Positions 19,475 to 29,731 of a stretch of DNA of 64,000 bases are shown here, piece by piece. Under the pieces are notes generated by a model, which saw only the letters and a list, made by a program, of their open reading frames with translations, searched no databases and was not told the DNA's origin. Source of the DNA: Candidatus Pacearchaeota archaeon (GTDB taxonomy: Archaea; Nanobdellota; Nanobdellia; Pacearchaeales; GW2011-AR1); contig JAVZZP010000001.1 of assembly GCA_038885615.1 (NCBI GenBank), positions 119,191-183,190 of the forward strand, written 5' to 3'. The stretch's first letter is position 1. Each line of letters opens with the position of its first letter. The translations under genes were made by a program, and so were the position numbers.

Positions 19475-19627
19475 ATGAAAAAGTTTAATAAAAATCAATG
19501 GCTCGGCATAATTCTTTTAATTTCCGTTTTAATTATCTATTTGCCATTGCCATCTTTTCTTAGTATAACAAAGCAATTAGCCCCGATAGCAGTACTCATA
19601 ATAGGAATAATTCTTTTACTCAAATAA
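19475..19627 (+). CDS. possible small membrane protein (50 aa)
   Basis: MKKFNKNQWLGIILLISVLIIYLPLPSFLSITKQLAPIAVLIIGIILLLK in an otherwise empty 250-nt gap. Two hydrophobic helices. Below the ORF-track length cutoff. Confidence 0.3.
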   Translation: MKKFNKNQWLGIILLISVLIIYLPLPSFLSITKQLAPIAVLIIGIILLLK

Positions 19628-19631
19628 TTGA

Positions 19632-20468
19632 TTATTTCTTTACAAAATTAAAAATTTCGCATGCCCGACAAATTTCCCCTCTGGACGGATCTCCACAAAT
19701 TTTACATTTTTGAAATTGGAATTCTTTTCTTTTTTTAATTTCTGGCAAAATTTTAAGCCAATTTTTAACAATTAATAGTTTTTCTTTATTGGATATATCA
19801 TTTAGCCAAGCTCTCGTCTCAACTCTATAAGTACCTATTGCACAAGGACATCGGTCATAAAGAATTTTAAATTTTTTCTGAATTGCATATTTTTTTATTT
19901 CACTTTCTGGAACAAAAAATAAGGGTTTTACCCTTTGAACAAATCCCTCAACTTTTCTTTCTCCTGTAACAGGAAAAGAATTTATTCCTAAAAAAATATT
20001 TCCCTTAAGAAAGTTCATTAGAATTGTTTGACATTCGTCGTCTAAGTTATGGCCAGTAACAAGAACATCTGCCTTTAGTTTTTTTGCCCATTTGTTTAAT
20101 ATCCATCTTTTCGTAATGCCGCAAACTGCACAACCAGTTAGATTCTTCTCTCTTTTAAGAACCTCTTTTATAAAACAAATACCTTGACCTATCTCTTTTT
20201 TTAAATCGACTAAGTGAAAAAGAATGTTGTTTTCCTTGCAAAATTCTTCCATATTTTTTCTATGAATCTTACTCCATTCTCCAAGATGCAGATCAATCAT
20301 TAAACCGCTAACATTGTAACCGAATTTTTTCAAAATAAAAAGTATGCTTGTAGAATCTTTGCCACCCGAGAGGGCAACTAAAATTTTGTCTTTCTTAGAA
20401 AACATTCTGTATTTTTTTATTGTTTCTTCAACCTTTTTTTCTATATCCATAAAAAACACTCTTTCCAA
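19632..20468 (-). CDS. tRNA thiolation PP-loop ATPase (TtcA/TtuA/NcsA family) with Zn-ribbons
   Basis: PP-loop SGGKDS; central CAVCG; C-terminal CKICGDPSRGEICRAC zinc ribbon. Confidence 0.7.
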   Translation of the reverse strand: MERVFFMDIEKKVEETIKKYRMFSKKDKILVALSGGKDSTSILFILKKFGYNVSGLMIDLHLGEWSKIHRKNMEEFCKENNILFHLVDLKKEIGQGICFIKEVLKREKNLTGCAVCGITKRWILNKWAKKLKADVLVTGHNLDDECQTILMNFLKGNIFLGINSFPVTGERKVEGFVQRVKPLFFVPESEIKKYAIQKKFKILYDRCPCAIGTYRVETRAWLNDISNKEKLLIVKNWLKILPEIKKRKEFQFQKCKICGDPSRGEICRACEIFNFVKK

Positions 20469-20500
20469 AGATTTAAAAAGCCATCTTTTCTAAATTTTTT

Positions 20501-21469
20501 ATGGTCAAAAAGAAACCAAAAACAACAGATAACATAGAAGAAGCCCAATCCACGCAGTCTTCTTTTAATTGGAAAAAAATTAATCCTTGGATAGTTTCCA
20601 CAGTTGTTTTGGCTTTAGTTTTAGTTGTTGTGATTGGAATAAATTTAGGAAATAGAAGTATTTCAAAGCAAAAAGCAAGTGAAATTCTAGAAGAATTTGC
20701 TTCAATGCAAGGTGCTGATATAGAAGTTAAGGAAGTAAAAGATGTTGGCAATATTTATGAAGTGTCTTTTTCTTTCATGGGTCAAGAAGGAAAATATTAT
20801 GTTTCTAAAGACGGAAAATATGTCGGCCAGATGTTTGATTTTAGTGAAATAAAAAATACTCTGACAGGGGAAGTAGTAAAAGAAACCCCAAAAGAAGTCC
20901 CTAAGACAGATAAACCAAAATTAGAACTCTTTGTAATGACACACTGCCCTTATGGAACTCAGGCAGAAAAAGGATTTATTCCTTTTATGGAGGCAATTGG
21001 AAATAAAGTTGATACAAAAATAAGATTTGTTCATTACTTTATGCACGGACAAGTTGAAGAAGATGAAACTTATAGGCAAGTTTGCATAAGAGAAGAACAA
21101 GGCGATAAATATATTACATATCTTAGAGAATTCTTAAAAGAAGGAAATTCTGAAAATGCAGGAAAGGTAGCAAATATAGATGAGGCAAAAGTTAAGCAAT
21201 GTATTAGCAATGGAAATGCGAAGAAATATTATGAAGAAGATTCTAAACTAAGCAAACAATATGGGGTACAGGGAAGCCCAACTTTAATAGTTAATGGGGT
21301 TGAGGCGAGAAGCGGAAGAAGTCCTGCTGCTTATTTAGAAACAGCTTGTTCTGCCTTTAACACAGAACCTTCTGAATGTTCAACATTAAAACTATCCACG
21401 CAAACACCTACTCCTATGTGGGGGTGGGATGCTTCTAGCTCTTCTAATTCTGCTGCTCAATGTGGTTAA
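20501..21469 (+). CDS. membrane-anchored thioredoxin-fold (DsbA-like) thiol-disulfide oxidoreductase
   Basis: N-terminal TM anchor (WIVSTVVLALVLVVVIGI); CxxC active site in LELFVMTHCPYGTQAE; Cys-containing C-terminal tail. Confidence 0.55.
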   Translation: MVKKKPKTTDNIEEAQSTQSSFNWKKINPWIVSTVVLALVLVVVIGINLGNRSISKQKASEILEEFASMQGADIEVKEVKDVGNIYEVSFSFMGQEGKYYVSKDGKYVGQMFDFSEIKNTLTGEVVKETPKEVPKTDKPKLELFVMTHCPYGTQAEKGFIPFMEAIGNKVDTKIRFVHYFMHGQVEEDETYRQVCIREEQGDKYITYLREFLKEGNSENAGKVANIDEAKVKQCISNGNAKKYYEEDSKLSKQYGVQGSPTLIVNGVEARSGRSPAAYLETACSAFNTEPSECSTLKLSTQTPTPMWGWDASSSSNSAAQCG

Positions 21470-21546
21470 AAACAAGAAAATATAAGGTCGTCTAAAATAA
21501 AAAGCGACTTTTAAGTATATTTAATTATTAAATTAAAAAAAATAAA

Positions 21547-22092
21547 ATGACACTATATTTTATTACGGGAAACGAGAAAAAATTTCAAGAAATAAAAGAA
21601 ATCATTCCACAAGTTGAGAAGATAAATTTTGATTTAAGAGAAATTCAAGAGATTGATTCTAAAAAAATAATCGAGGAAAAGTTAAAAAAAGCATTAAAAA
21701 TAAAAAGAACAGAATTTATTGTGGAGGATACTTCATTATATTTAGACTGCTTAAACGGCTTTCCAGGACCTTTAATAAAGTGGCTTCTTAAAACGATAGG
21801 AAATGAAGGAATTTTTAATTTAACGGAAAAACTAGGCAATAATAAGGCAGAAGCTAAAACAATTGTTGGTTACGCAAGAAATGAAAAAGAAATTTATCTT
21901 TTTGAAGGTTCTTTAAGAGGGAAAATAGTCTATTCAAGAGGAAAGGAGGGTTTTGGTTGGGACCGCATATTTCAACCAGAAAACTCAAATAAAACATTTG
22001 CTGAAATGACAATAGAAGAAAAAAATAAGTTTAGTATGAGAAGAATTGCAGCAGAAAAACTTAAAAATTTTTTAGAAACTAAAAAACTATAG
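21547..22092 (+). CDS. non-canonical purine NTP pyrophosphatase (ITPase, Ham1/RdgB family)
   Basis: YFITGNEKKFQEIKEI..., EDTSLYLDCLNGFPGPL, GFGWDRIFQPENSNKTFAEMTIEEKNKFSMRRIA; all ITPase family signatures. Confidence 0.85.
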   Translation: MTLYFITGNEKKFQEIKEIIPQVEKINFDLREIQEIDSKKIIEEKLKKALKIKRTEFIVEDTSLYLDCLNGFPGPLIKWLLKTIGNEGIFNLTEKLGNNKAEAKTIVGYARNEKEIYLFEGSLRGKIVYSRGKEGFGWDRIFQPENSNKTFAEMTIEEKNKFSMRRIAAEKLKNFLETKKL

Positions 22093-23284
22093 GTTTGTCT
22101 AAATATTCTATTTCATCTTCTGTTAATTTAAGTTGCTTCTTTATATTGTCGTTTTTTAAAATTAGTCTTATTAAAAGAAAGTCTTTCATTGCTTGCTTTA
22201 TTGAGATGTGGCATGCTTTCGCATACTTTTCACAGATTGTTAGTTTCTTTTTATTTCTTTGATTTTGAAGCCAAATTTTTAATATTCTGGAAGGTTTTCT
22301 ATAGTTAGTCATACCTGGCCTATTATATTTTTTTGAGGCAGCTATAGCTGGTCCAATAAAAAAATTTTGGTAAACTAAGAATCTCCAATGTTGTTGTCTA
22401 TGAACTCTTCCTCTGAAAACGTCTGCTCTTGATAAGGCATCAAATGCTTTTGCTAATTCCTCTCCTTTGTATTCTACAGGTATGTTTTCCTCAATCCACA
22501 AAAATATTTCATCTGTTGTCATATTAACTTCGTCATAAACCTTTAAAATACGATCGTCTATTTTAGCAGATTTGAATATAAGGTGCATAGCATTAAATAT
22601 AGATTGTTCTTTGTTTCTTTCTTCAATCTCTTTTGCTAAAACACTTTCGTCCAGATTTGATAGTGATTGTAAATCATTTATAGCTGCTCTTGCATCACCT
22701 CTTGCTTTAATAGCTATTGACAGTAAAATATCTTTAGAAACAGCAATATTCTCTTTTTTACATATTTCTTCTAGGATGTTTAAGATTAGTTTATAATCTA
22801 AACTTCTTAGTTGGACTATTTCTGCTTTTTCTCTTAACAAAGAGAATTTTTTGTCCCATATATCGTTTGCAGTTATTATTATTGGAAAGGAAGTTCTTTC
22901 TATCAAAGCTAAAAGTTCTGGAAGGCCGCCTTTCTCAGAAGAGGAAATGCCCTCTATTTCATCTACGAGGATTATCTTGTACTTTCCAAAAAGAGATCCT
23001 TGCAAAGAGGCAGGGCCAATAATAGAGCTTATTTTTTGTTTGTCTCTAAAATCAGACGCATTTAATTCTAAAATCTCTGAGTCGGTTTCAGCCGCAACAA
23101 CATATGCCAGAGAGGTTTTTCCTACTCCTGCCGGTCCATAAAGGACAATAGCTCTTTTTTTAGGAAAATTTCGCAAAAAAGTTCTGACTCTTTCAATAGC
23201 TAATTCCTGGCCTCTAACGAAAGAATATGATGATGGGCGATATTTCTCACTCCACGGAATGTTTTTTTGATTTATCATCTTCAA
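22079..23284 (-). CDS. rfcL: replication factor C large subunit
   Basis: AAA+ Walker A VLYGPAGVGKTSLAYVVA; Walker B ILVDEIEG; sensor/arginine-finger region; 401 aa. Confidence 0.85.
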   Translation of the reverse strand: MKMINQKNIPWSEKYRPSSYSFVRGQELAIERVRTFLRNFPKKRAIVLYGPAGVGKTSLAYVVAAETDSEILELNASDFRDKQKISSIIGPASLQGSLFGKYKIILVDEIEGISSSEKGGLPELLALIERTSFPIIITANDIWDKKFSLLREKAEIVQLRSLDYKLILNILEEICKKENIAVSKDILLSIAIKARGDARAAINDLQSLSNLDESVLAKEIEERNKEQSIFNAMHLIFKSAKIDDRILKVYDEVNMTTDEIFLWIEENIPVEYKGEELAKAFDALSRADVFRGRVHRQQHWRFLVYQNFFIGPAIAASKKYNRPGMTNYRKPSRILKIWLQNQRNKKKLTICEKYAKACHISIKQAMKDFLLIRLILKNDNIKKQLKLTEDEIEYLDKPIVF

Positions 23285-24246
23285 ACTTTAGTTCCTCTGC
23301 CCGCCAGCACAAAACTGGCAAGAAGAGCTTCCAATTGAATGAATTCATCGCTACCTTCTACAAGACGAAATTCTATTTCACCTGTCTTTTCAGTTAATCT
23401 TACTTTAAGTTCTTCGTCTATTTTTAGATTCCATATTTCTTTTTGTATTGCTTTAATAATGTCTGTTCCAGAAACAGAATCTTTAAGCATTATATCCAAA
23501 AGCTTTTTTCTTGCGTTTTCAAAATCTCCTGCCAGGCAATAATCCAAGACAATTCTAACATCGGAAGGTTTTGCTTGAGAAACAATTGTATTTATCAAGT
23601 CAGGAGTTATATTGGGGGAGATAGAAGCTGTTGCTTGCAATAAGTTTATTATTCTTCTACAATCTCCTTCAGAATATTCATAAAGAGAATCAAATGCTTC
23701 CGGAGTTATGGTTAGTCCTTCACTAGAACAAATCAAGTCAACTCTTTTTTTGATGTCCTTTTTTTCTAAGAGCTGAAATCTAAAAACAACACAACGGGAT
23801 TGTATTGGGTCAATAATCTTTGAAGAATAATTACAAGAAAGAATAAAACGACAGGTATTCGTAAAATTTTCCATAGTCCTCCTTAATGCCTGTTGAGCTT
23901 CTCTTGTCAAAGCGTCTGCTTCGTCCAAAAAAATTACCTTGAAAGGAACATTACCTAATGCCTTTGTTCTTGCGAAGTCCTTAACTTTTTGTCTTATAAC
24001 ATCTATTCCTCGTTCATCAGAAGCATTTAGCTCTAAATAATTTTCTCTCCAGCTTTCCTTAAAAAGCTCTTTAACAATAATTAATGCTACGGTTGATTTT
24101 CCTGTTCCAGCAGGACCTGCAAATAATAAATGTGGCAAATTCAAGGAATTAACAAGGGATTTAACTCTCTTTATTACCTCTTCTTGCCCAACAACTTCTT
24201 CGAATTTTTTTGGCCTGTATTTTTCTGTCCAAATTTCATTTGTCAT
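23281..24246 (-). CDS. rfcS: replication factor C small subunit
   Basis: LLFAGPAGTGKSTVALII; Walker B IFLDEADALT; RFC-box SRC motif IQSRCVVFRF; 321 aa. ATGA overlap with rfcL. Confidence 0.9.
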   Translation of the reverse strand: MTNEIWTEKYRPKKFEEVVGQEEVIKRVKSLVNSLNLPHLLFAGPAGTGKSTVALIIVKELFKESWRENYLELNASDERGIDVIRQKVKDFARTKALGNVPFKVIFLDEADALTREAQQALRRTMENFTNTCRFILSCNYSSKIIDPIQSRCVVFRFQLLEKKDIKKRVDLICSSEGLTITPEAFDSLYEYSEGDCRRIINLLQATASISPNITPDLINTIVSQAKPSDVRIVLDYCLAGDFENARKKLLDIMLKDSVSGTDIIKAIQKEIWNLKIDEELKVRLTEKTGEIEFRLVEGSDEFIQLEALLASFVLAGRGTKV

Positions 24247-24291
24247 AAAATAAAATCAAAAAATAGATTTAAAAGGATTTGTGTAGTAAAA

Positions 24292-24933
24292 TTATAAAAG
24301 TAACACTTCTTCTAATTCGCCGACGCTTTTGACTGATTTAATATCTTGAGGAGGTAATTCCCATCCCAAACCTACCAAAATAAAATCAAATCCTGCCTCT
24401 TTTGCAGCTTTCATGTCTTTTCTAGTGTCACCTACATAAACAGGTTTTTTACTATTAAAGTGTTCTTGAAATAATTTCATAGCTTCTCTTTTACTTATTT
24501 TAAGTAAATCCATTTGTTCTTTGCTAAAAACTTTCTTAAAATAAAAAAAAGCATCTCCAAGATCTCTCTTGACATTTAGAAGAATATTAGAAGTTATTAA
24601 GCCAAGCACTATTTCTTGTCTGGACAATTTATTTAAAAGAGGGATTATCCCTTGAAATGGGCGAGAAGAATAAGAATCATTAGTGCCAAAAGATTTTTCA
24701 TAAAGATCAACTAATCTACCGACATCATCCTCGGGAAAACCATAATTCCTAAAAATTGTTGCTAAAGGCGTTCCAAGAATGCTTCTAACTCTCTCTAAAT
24801 TAGTTTGGTCTATCTCAGGAATGCCATATTTCCTCTGTCTGTTTATATCATTACACCATCGAATATGTGTAGCACCAGTGTCTGTAAGAGTTCCGTCACA
24901 GTCAAAACAAACAAGATCATATTTTTTGTCCAT
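24292..24933 (-). CDS. HAD-superfamily hydrolase (phosphatase)
   Basis: Motif I DLVCFDCDGTLTDT; motif III/IV (K...GDTRKDMKAAKEAG). Confidence 0.75.
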   Translation of the reverse strand: MDKKYDLVCFDCDGTLTDTGATHIRWCNDINRQRKYGIPEIDQTNLERVRSILGTPLATIFRNYGFPEDDVGRLVDLYEKSFGTNDSYSSRPFQGIIPLLNKLSRQEIVLGLITSNILLNVKRDLGDAFFYFKKVFSKEQMDLLKISKREAMKLFQEHFNSKKPVYVGDTRKDMKAAKEAGFDFILVGLGWELPPQDIKSVKSVGELEEVLLL

Positions 24934-25003
24934 TTTAACTAAATAAAGAAGGAGTATATAAATAAGACTCTTGCAGACTATATATTTTTAACTAGTTATA
25001 AAA

Positions 25004-25114
25004 TTATTTGCTTCTTCTTAAACGCCTTTTTCTCTTTTCTTCTTTAAGCTTTTTTCTTTGCCACTTCCATCTCATCTGATTTTTCTTTTTCCAACGACGA
25101 GAACTTCTTTTCAT
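25004..25114 (-). CDS. possible ribosomal protein eL41-like micro-ORF (36 aa; 23-aa form from internal Met at 25075)
   Basis: Minus-strand ORF MKRSSRRWKKKNQMRWKWQRKKLKEEKRKRRLRRSK. The internal MRWKWQRKKLKEEKRKRRLRRSK resembles eukaryotic/archaeal eL41 ([25 protein letters not shown]). An A/T-rich TATA-like box ATATTTATATC lies ~25 nt upstream. Not in the ORF track (<60 aa). Confidence 0.35.
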   Translation of the reverse strand: MKRSSRRWKKKNQMRWKWQRKKLKEEKRKRRLRRSK

Positions 25115-25475
25115 AATCTTATTTAAAAAAAGAGAGATATAAATATTATGAAATTCTTTTTTCAATTTTTTTATCTCTCTTATAATTTCAGAAAGATAAC
25201 GCCCATTTATAATTTTATATAAAGAAATTCCTCCTGATAGATGCGATCTCTTAGATAACTATTAAAAAGCTCCGCCCGATTCATCAAGAACCCCTTAGAA
25301 ATATAAATTCTTCCTCTTTCTATTCCCGAATTTAACAAATCTAAGAAGTTTATCTTCGCCCATTATTAATTTGTGTAGATAATTTCGCGCATCAAATATG
25401 CTGCTTAATAACTTTAATAAACCATTTTCTTCTTATAAAGAGCCCATATTAAAACAAAACAACTTTAAAATTTAA

Positions 25476-25548
25476 AGTCCAGTCGTCTAGCGGTCAAGGA
25501 TAGCGCGCTCTGGCCGCGCTGGCCCAGGTTCGAATCCTGGCGGGACTA
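25476..25548 (+). tRNA. tRNA-Gln(CUG)
   Basis: AGTCCAG-TC-GTCT-AGCGGTCAA-GGAT-A-GCGCG-CTCTGGC-CGCGC-TGGC-CCAGG-TTCGAAT-CCTGG-CGGGACT-A. T-arm and anticodon stem pair perfectly; U33 present; anticodon CUG. One A-G mismatch in the acceptor stem and two G-U pairs in the D stem. Followed by a T-run. Confidence 0.75.
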
Positions 25549-25643
25549 TTTTTTCAAAGTATTTTTAATTTAAATAAATACAACCTAATAGTATCAATAA
25601 AAATATCAGATAAATTTCTTTCCTCTTAGCAGAAGTTAGACAC

Positions 25644-26102
25644 TTAACTTGTTAAGATCCTATCACACCTTTCACCATTAACAAAAGTTTCTTTTAAAGA
25701 TTTTTCCTGATTATAAGAAGTTGAATTTACCCTACTACAAACTCTTTTTTTGAAATCTGTTTCATCACCACAATCCTTAGCATTCTGGCTTATTTCCAGC
25801 CCTTCGCTGACAGCACCTTTTTTGATGAATTCATCAATATAATGACAACTTACAATCATCTCACCGCCTGCTTTCAAATTAACTTTTTTTTCAGAATTAC
25901 AATAAGAAGCTTGCTGCCTTTGAATTTCCAATCTACATGACTCAACAGCAACAGTTACAGTGGGGTCACTAGCATCAACTAGGTTTCCAGCAGTACTAAA
26001 AAATTTCCAAGAAAAGAAAACTACTGTACCAGCAACAACCAAAGCTAAAATTATAAAAATAATAACGTTACTTTCTTCGGCCCCTTTTTTGTTTTTTGAC
26101 AT
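25644..26102 (-). CDS. small secreted/anchored Cys-containing protein
   Basis: N-terminal TM/signal (VIIFIILALVVAGTVVFFSW); 152 aa; six Cys in the exported part. Confidence 0.4.
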   Translation of the reverse strand: MSKNKKGAEESNVIIFIILALVVAGTVVFFSWKFFSTAGNLVDASDPTVTVAVESCRLEIQRQQASYCNSEKKVNLKAGGEMIVSCHYIDEFIKKGAVSEGLEISQNAKDCGDETDFKKRVCSRVNSTSYNQEKSLKETFVNGERCDRILTS

Positions 26103-26138
26103 AAAAAATTAAGAAAAAGAGAATTTATAAATCTTTCT

Positions 26139-26690
26139 TTAATCCAAAAAAACAGCTACCGCGACCGTTGTCGTCCAAAGGCCGTCTTTATTCCCCTCGG
26201 CAGATTGAACAATATTTGTTGTCTTGAAAATTTGCCCACTTGCTTTGTAAACTTGTTCTCTTTCTTCCCATGCTCTCTCTGGATCAAATTCTATACCAAG
26301 AGTTGTTGCTAACATTGTTGCAGCTAAATCTTCTGCATATTCGCCGGCTTTTTTTGCTGTTTCCCCGAATGAATGATGCTCCGACAAATAACCGTATTGA
26401 TTTGAATCTTTTGGAATTGCTAAACCGATTGCAGAGGCAATTAACCTATTAGGTTCGTTTGTTTCGTTTCTTGCCATAACACAAAAAGTAATCTGTCCTT
26501 CTTTTAACATTTTTAATCCCTCTTCCTTTGGTATAATTTTGCAATTAGGTGGAAAAATAGAAGAAACATGTACTAGATTAAATCTCTCTATTCCAGCATC
26601 TCTCAAAGCTAACTCAAAACTTGCAAGTTTGTCTTTGTGGACACCTACACCTTTAGTAAAAAAAACTTTTTGAGGAACAAAATTATCCAT
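26139..26690 (-). CDS. pdaD: pyruvoyl-dependent arginine decarboxylase
   Basis: [44 protein letters not shown] matches the PdaD N-terminal region including the Ser-Ser self-cleavage site context. 183 aa. Confidence 0.85.
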   Translation of the reverse strand: MDNFVPQKVFFTKGVGVHKDKLASFELALRDAGIERFNLVHVSSIFPPNCKIIPKEEGLKMLKEGQITFCVMARNETNEPNRLIASAIGLAIPKDSNQYGYLSEHHSFGETAKKAGEYAEDLAATMLATTLGIEFDPERAWEEREQVYKASGQIFKTTNIVQSAEGNKDGLWTTTVAVAVFLD

Positions 26691-26724
26691 CTTATTTTTT
26701 GCATAAAAAAATATTTAAATTTTT

Positions 26725-27444
26725 CTATATTCTTTCCAAAATCCAGTCTGAAAGTTCAATTGTTCTTGCGTCGGCAATTTTTAGGTTTGAAGCACAAAGG
26801 CCGCAACAAGTTATTATTTTTTGAACTTCATTGGAAACTTCAGAAACTCTTTTTTTTGCTATTTCTTTTGCGGTTTCTGGAAAATTTGCTCTTAAACCTC
26901 CGCCGGCACCGCAACAAATTGCTTCATTTCTATTGTGCTTCATCTCTTTAATCTCACCTCCGAGAATTTTTATTATTTCTCTAGGTTCTTCGTAAATTCC
27001 GGCATATCTTCCCAAGTGACAAGGATCATGATAAGTTACAATTTCTTTCTTAGGGGAAAATTTTATTTTTCCACTTTTCAAAATTTTCAGAAAAGTTTGT
27101 GTAAAATGTTCGACTTCTATGTCCCATTTTGGAAAAATTTTTTTTGCTTCTGTTTTGAATGTTTTGTAACATCCAGGACAGGGAGTAACTATCAGTGAAA
27201 CATTTCTTTCTTTAAATAAATTGTAATTTTTCTCTATGAGCTTTCGAAAATCTTTTCTGTAACCAGCGTTTAAAATAGGGCTTCCGCAACAAACTTCATC
27301 TTTTATCATTATGAAGTCAATTCCGCTTTTGTTAAGAATTTTTTTATATGCTTCTAGTTCTTTTTCCATCGCAAATTTTAACATACATCCTGGATAGAAT
27401 AAATTGTTCTTTCCGAGGTTCTTAAAAAATGAGATTAAACCCAT
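26725..27444 (-). CDS. CCG-domain Fe-S protein (HdrB/LutA/GlpC-like)
   Basis: Two Cys-rich CCG-type motifs (FYPGC...CCGSP and CPGC...CCGAGGG...CCGLC). Confidence 0.65.
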   Translation of the reverse strand: MGLISFFKNLGKNNLFYPGCMLKFAMEKELEAYKKILNKSGIDFIMIKDEVCCGSPILNAGYRKDFRKLIEKNYNLFKERNVSLIVTPCPGCYKTFKTEAKKIFPKWDIEVEHFTQTFLKILKSGKIKFSPKKEIVTYHDPCHLGRYAGIYEEPREIIKILGGEIKEMKHNRNEAICCGAGGGLRANFPETAKEIAKKRVSEVSNEVQKIITCCGLCASNLKIADARTIELSDWILERI

Positions 27445-27485
27445 AAAAAAGATTAATTTAAAGAGAATTTAAAGTTTTCTGAATT

Positions 27486-28063
27486 TTACCAGTCCCATAA
27501 AGAAAGATATTCTCTAATCAATAAAGCGTCTTTTTTATCCTTGGGTTTTTTGCTTTTTTCTTTCCATTGCAGTACATAAGGCAGTTTAACATACATAAAA
27601 TCGCCAATTGTTTCAGAGTTATCGAACAATACAGAAATATTAAAATACGGCGACCAGTCTTTACAAATTTCTATGTGACCCATTTTGATTTTTCTTAGAT
27701 TGTCAAGAACACCAAAACTTTTCCAAACTCTTTCAGAGACGACTAAATCAATATCTTTGTTTGGTCTTATGCCTCTTATAGCCATTGGCCCGCTTCCAAA
27801 TATAACATACTCCTCTTCTGGCAAACCAATTTCTCTTAATTCGTTAGATAATTCATCCTGCTGAGTAAAATCTCTTCTAAGGCATTACGATGATAAAAAT
27901 TCGCACCTTCCTTGTCAAGCCTGTGATAGTATGTTACTAAACGAAGAAAATCGTCCCTTCCTTCTCCAAAGATCATTGTTTCTAACAGAAAATCAAGATT
28001 TCTTTCTATTTCTTTTTTATCAGAGCTTCCAGAAGAAATTATCAAATTTACACGAGCATGCAA
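27486..28063 (-). pseudogene. minimal nucleotidyltransferase (MNT)-like gene, apparently frameshifted/fragmented
   Basis: The downstream ORF (27486-27824) carries IFGSGPMAIRGIRPNKDIDLVV (GS-x9-13-DxD NTase motif). The upstream ORF (27836-28063) is in a different frame overlapping by 13 nt. Its reading frame continues upstream of its ATG without a start (..GETRGKAGNEIFDIIAESKKNARNLASSLHARVN..) after a stop. Confidence 0.35.
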
Positions 28064-28302
28064 AGAAGAAGCAAGATTTCTAGCATTTTTCTTGGATTCG
28101 GCAATTATATCAAAAATTTCATTTCCTGCTTTACCCCTGGTTTCGCCTCTGGCAAAATAGCATTAGCCATTGATTTTTGTGGGGTAAAACTATATTTTCC
28201 TTTTTTCATAAAGAGGTGTCAGTCTTTTCTCATTCTTTTTAAGATAGTTATCCTCTCGGTTTTTTGTTGATTGATAGCAGGGCACCATTTATTACCTTCA
28301 TC

Positions 28303-28608
28303 TTATTCAAAAACTCTTTTTTCGTAATCATATTTACAGCAAGCAGGAATTCTTGATTTAGGAAGTAATCTCAACCTAAATATTTTTCCATATTCCCAGT
28401 AAATTCTATCAGCTACTTCTAACAAAATTTCTAATTTTCTTGTCATTATTTGTTCTTTAGACATATTTGGAGAGTATACCTTCGTGTAATAATTTGCGTA
28501 TGTTTTTAACCAATCAATTAGCTTATCTCTATCAAATTCTATTTTTCTTGCCTGAATTTCTACTAATAATTTTTCAAGTTTCATTTTTTTCTCCTGTTGT
28601 TTCAACAA
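28303..28608 (-). CDS. hypothetical protein
   Basis: 101-aa ORF; no motif recognised. Confidence 0.35.
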   Translation of the reverse strand: MLKQQEKKMKLEKLLVEIQARKIEFDRDKLIDWLKTYANYYTKVYSPNMSKEQIMTRKLEILLEVADRIYWEYGKIFRLRLLPKSRIPACCKYDYEKRVFE

Positions 28609-29731
28609 GATATTTACAATATAATAGGGGATTTAATAAAAATCTTTCCAAATTCCTCCCCCATGTTTTTCTTATTTCATTATTGTACTCCAAAGGAATA
28701 ATTCCTTTATTATGATAATCTTCTTCAGTTGGTTTCCACTCTCTTAAAGTTCGAAGGCCAATACTTCCAGGTTTTGAGTTTAATTCCAATGTGTAAATAT
28801 CGCCTTTCTTATCAAAAACAAAATCAATTCCAACTTCGCCTACTACAAAAGATTTAGAAGTTGCCTCTATAATTTTATTTCCTTCTTTTTTTACAGCTCT
28901 TAAAACTTGCTCGTAATCTTCAAAAAAAACAAATGGGTCCTGCGGATGCCCGCCGTTACTTATATTTGCCTGTTGAGAATTTTTTGGACCAACTCTAACA
29001 TAAAAACAAGTCATACCAATTTTTCCTTGACTGCCCCTCTGAAAAATAGCTCTTATGTCATAAACTCTTCCGTCTATTGTATCAACATCAATTCCCTGTT
29101 GAACAATAAAATCCTTCCCAATTTTTCTTTCTCTTAATTTTTGTATAAGAAAATCAAAATTCGCTTTTTCTAATAGGTTTGTTTCTTCATCACTAGAAAA
29201 CAAGGAATAGCTTGAGGCCGATTTTTTTATTACAAGCTGATTTTTGCCCTGTGAAGAATTTCTTTTCTTAATAAAAACAAATTCAAATTTTCTAAGAAAG
29301 TCTTCTATAGCTTCTTCGCTATAAATCGAAGTTTTTGGCTGAGGTATTTTATTTTTTTCCAGCAACCGATAGGTTTTCCACTTGTCTATACATAGTTCTC
29401 TAAATCTAGGAGAATTCACAAAAAGACAACTATTATCCTCTAATAATCTCAATAAATTTTCTATACTATTTGGTCTGCTAACCACATCTGTTCTATCATA
29501 AAAGGAAGAGGGACATGGAATTTCTTTTTCTTCCATGCTCTTGCCATTCCAATACCTAACAAAAACATTGTCTCCGGAAGATATTCTCTGAATATTTTCT
29601 TCGTCTATTAACAAATTAACTAAAGAAATTCCCCTTCTTCTTGCCAATTCTGCTCTCTCCTTATATGCTCTCCATGCACCGATATTTTTATTTGATAGGT
29701 AACCTACTAAAATTCCCTTCATTTTCTCCAT
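28574..29731 (-). CDS. ATP-grasp domain protein
   Basis: C-terminal half has ATP-grasp-like elements (DGRVYDIRAIFQRG...; GEVGIDFVFDKKGDIYTLELNSKPG). Confidence 0.5.
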   Translation of the reverse strand: MEKMKGILVGYLSNKNIGAWRAYKERAELARRRGISLVNLLIDEENIQRISSGDNVFVRYWNGKSMEEKEIPCPSSFYDRTDVVSRPNSIENLLRLLEDNSCLFVNSPRFRELCIDKWKTYRLLEKNKIPQPKTSIYSEEAIEDFLRKFEFVFIKKRNSSQGKNQLVIKKSASSYSLFSSDEETNLLEKANFDFLIQKLRERKIGKDFIVQQGIDVDTIDGRVYDIRAIFQRGSQGKIGMTCFYVRVGPKNSQQANISNGGHPQDPFVFFEDYEQVLRAVKKEGNKIIEATSKSFVVGEVGIDFVFDKKGDIYTLELNSKPGSIGLRTLREWKPTEEDYHNKGIIPLEYNNEIRKTWGRNLERFLLNPLLYCKYLVETTGEKNET

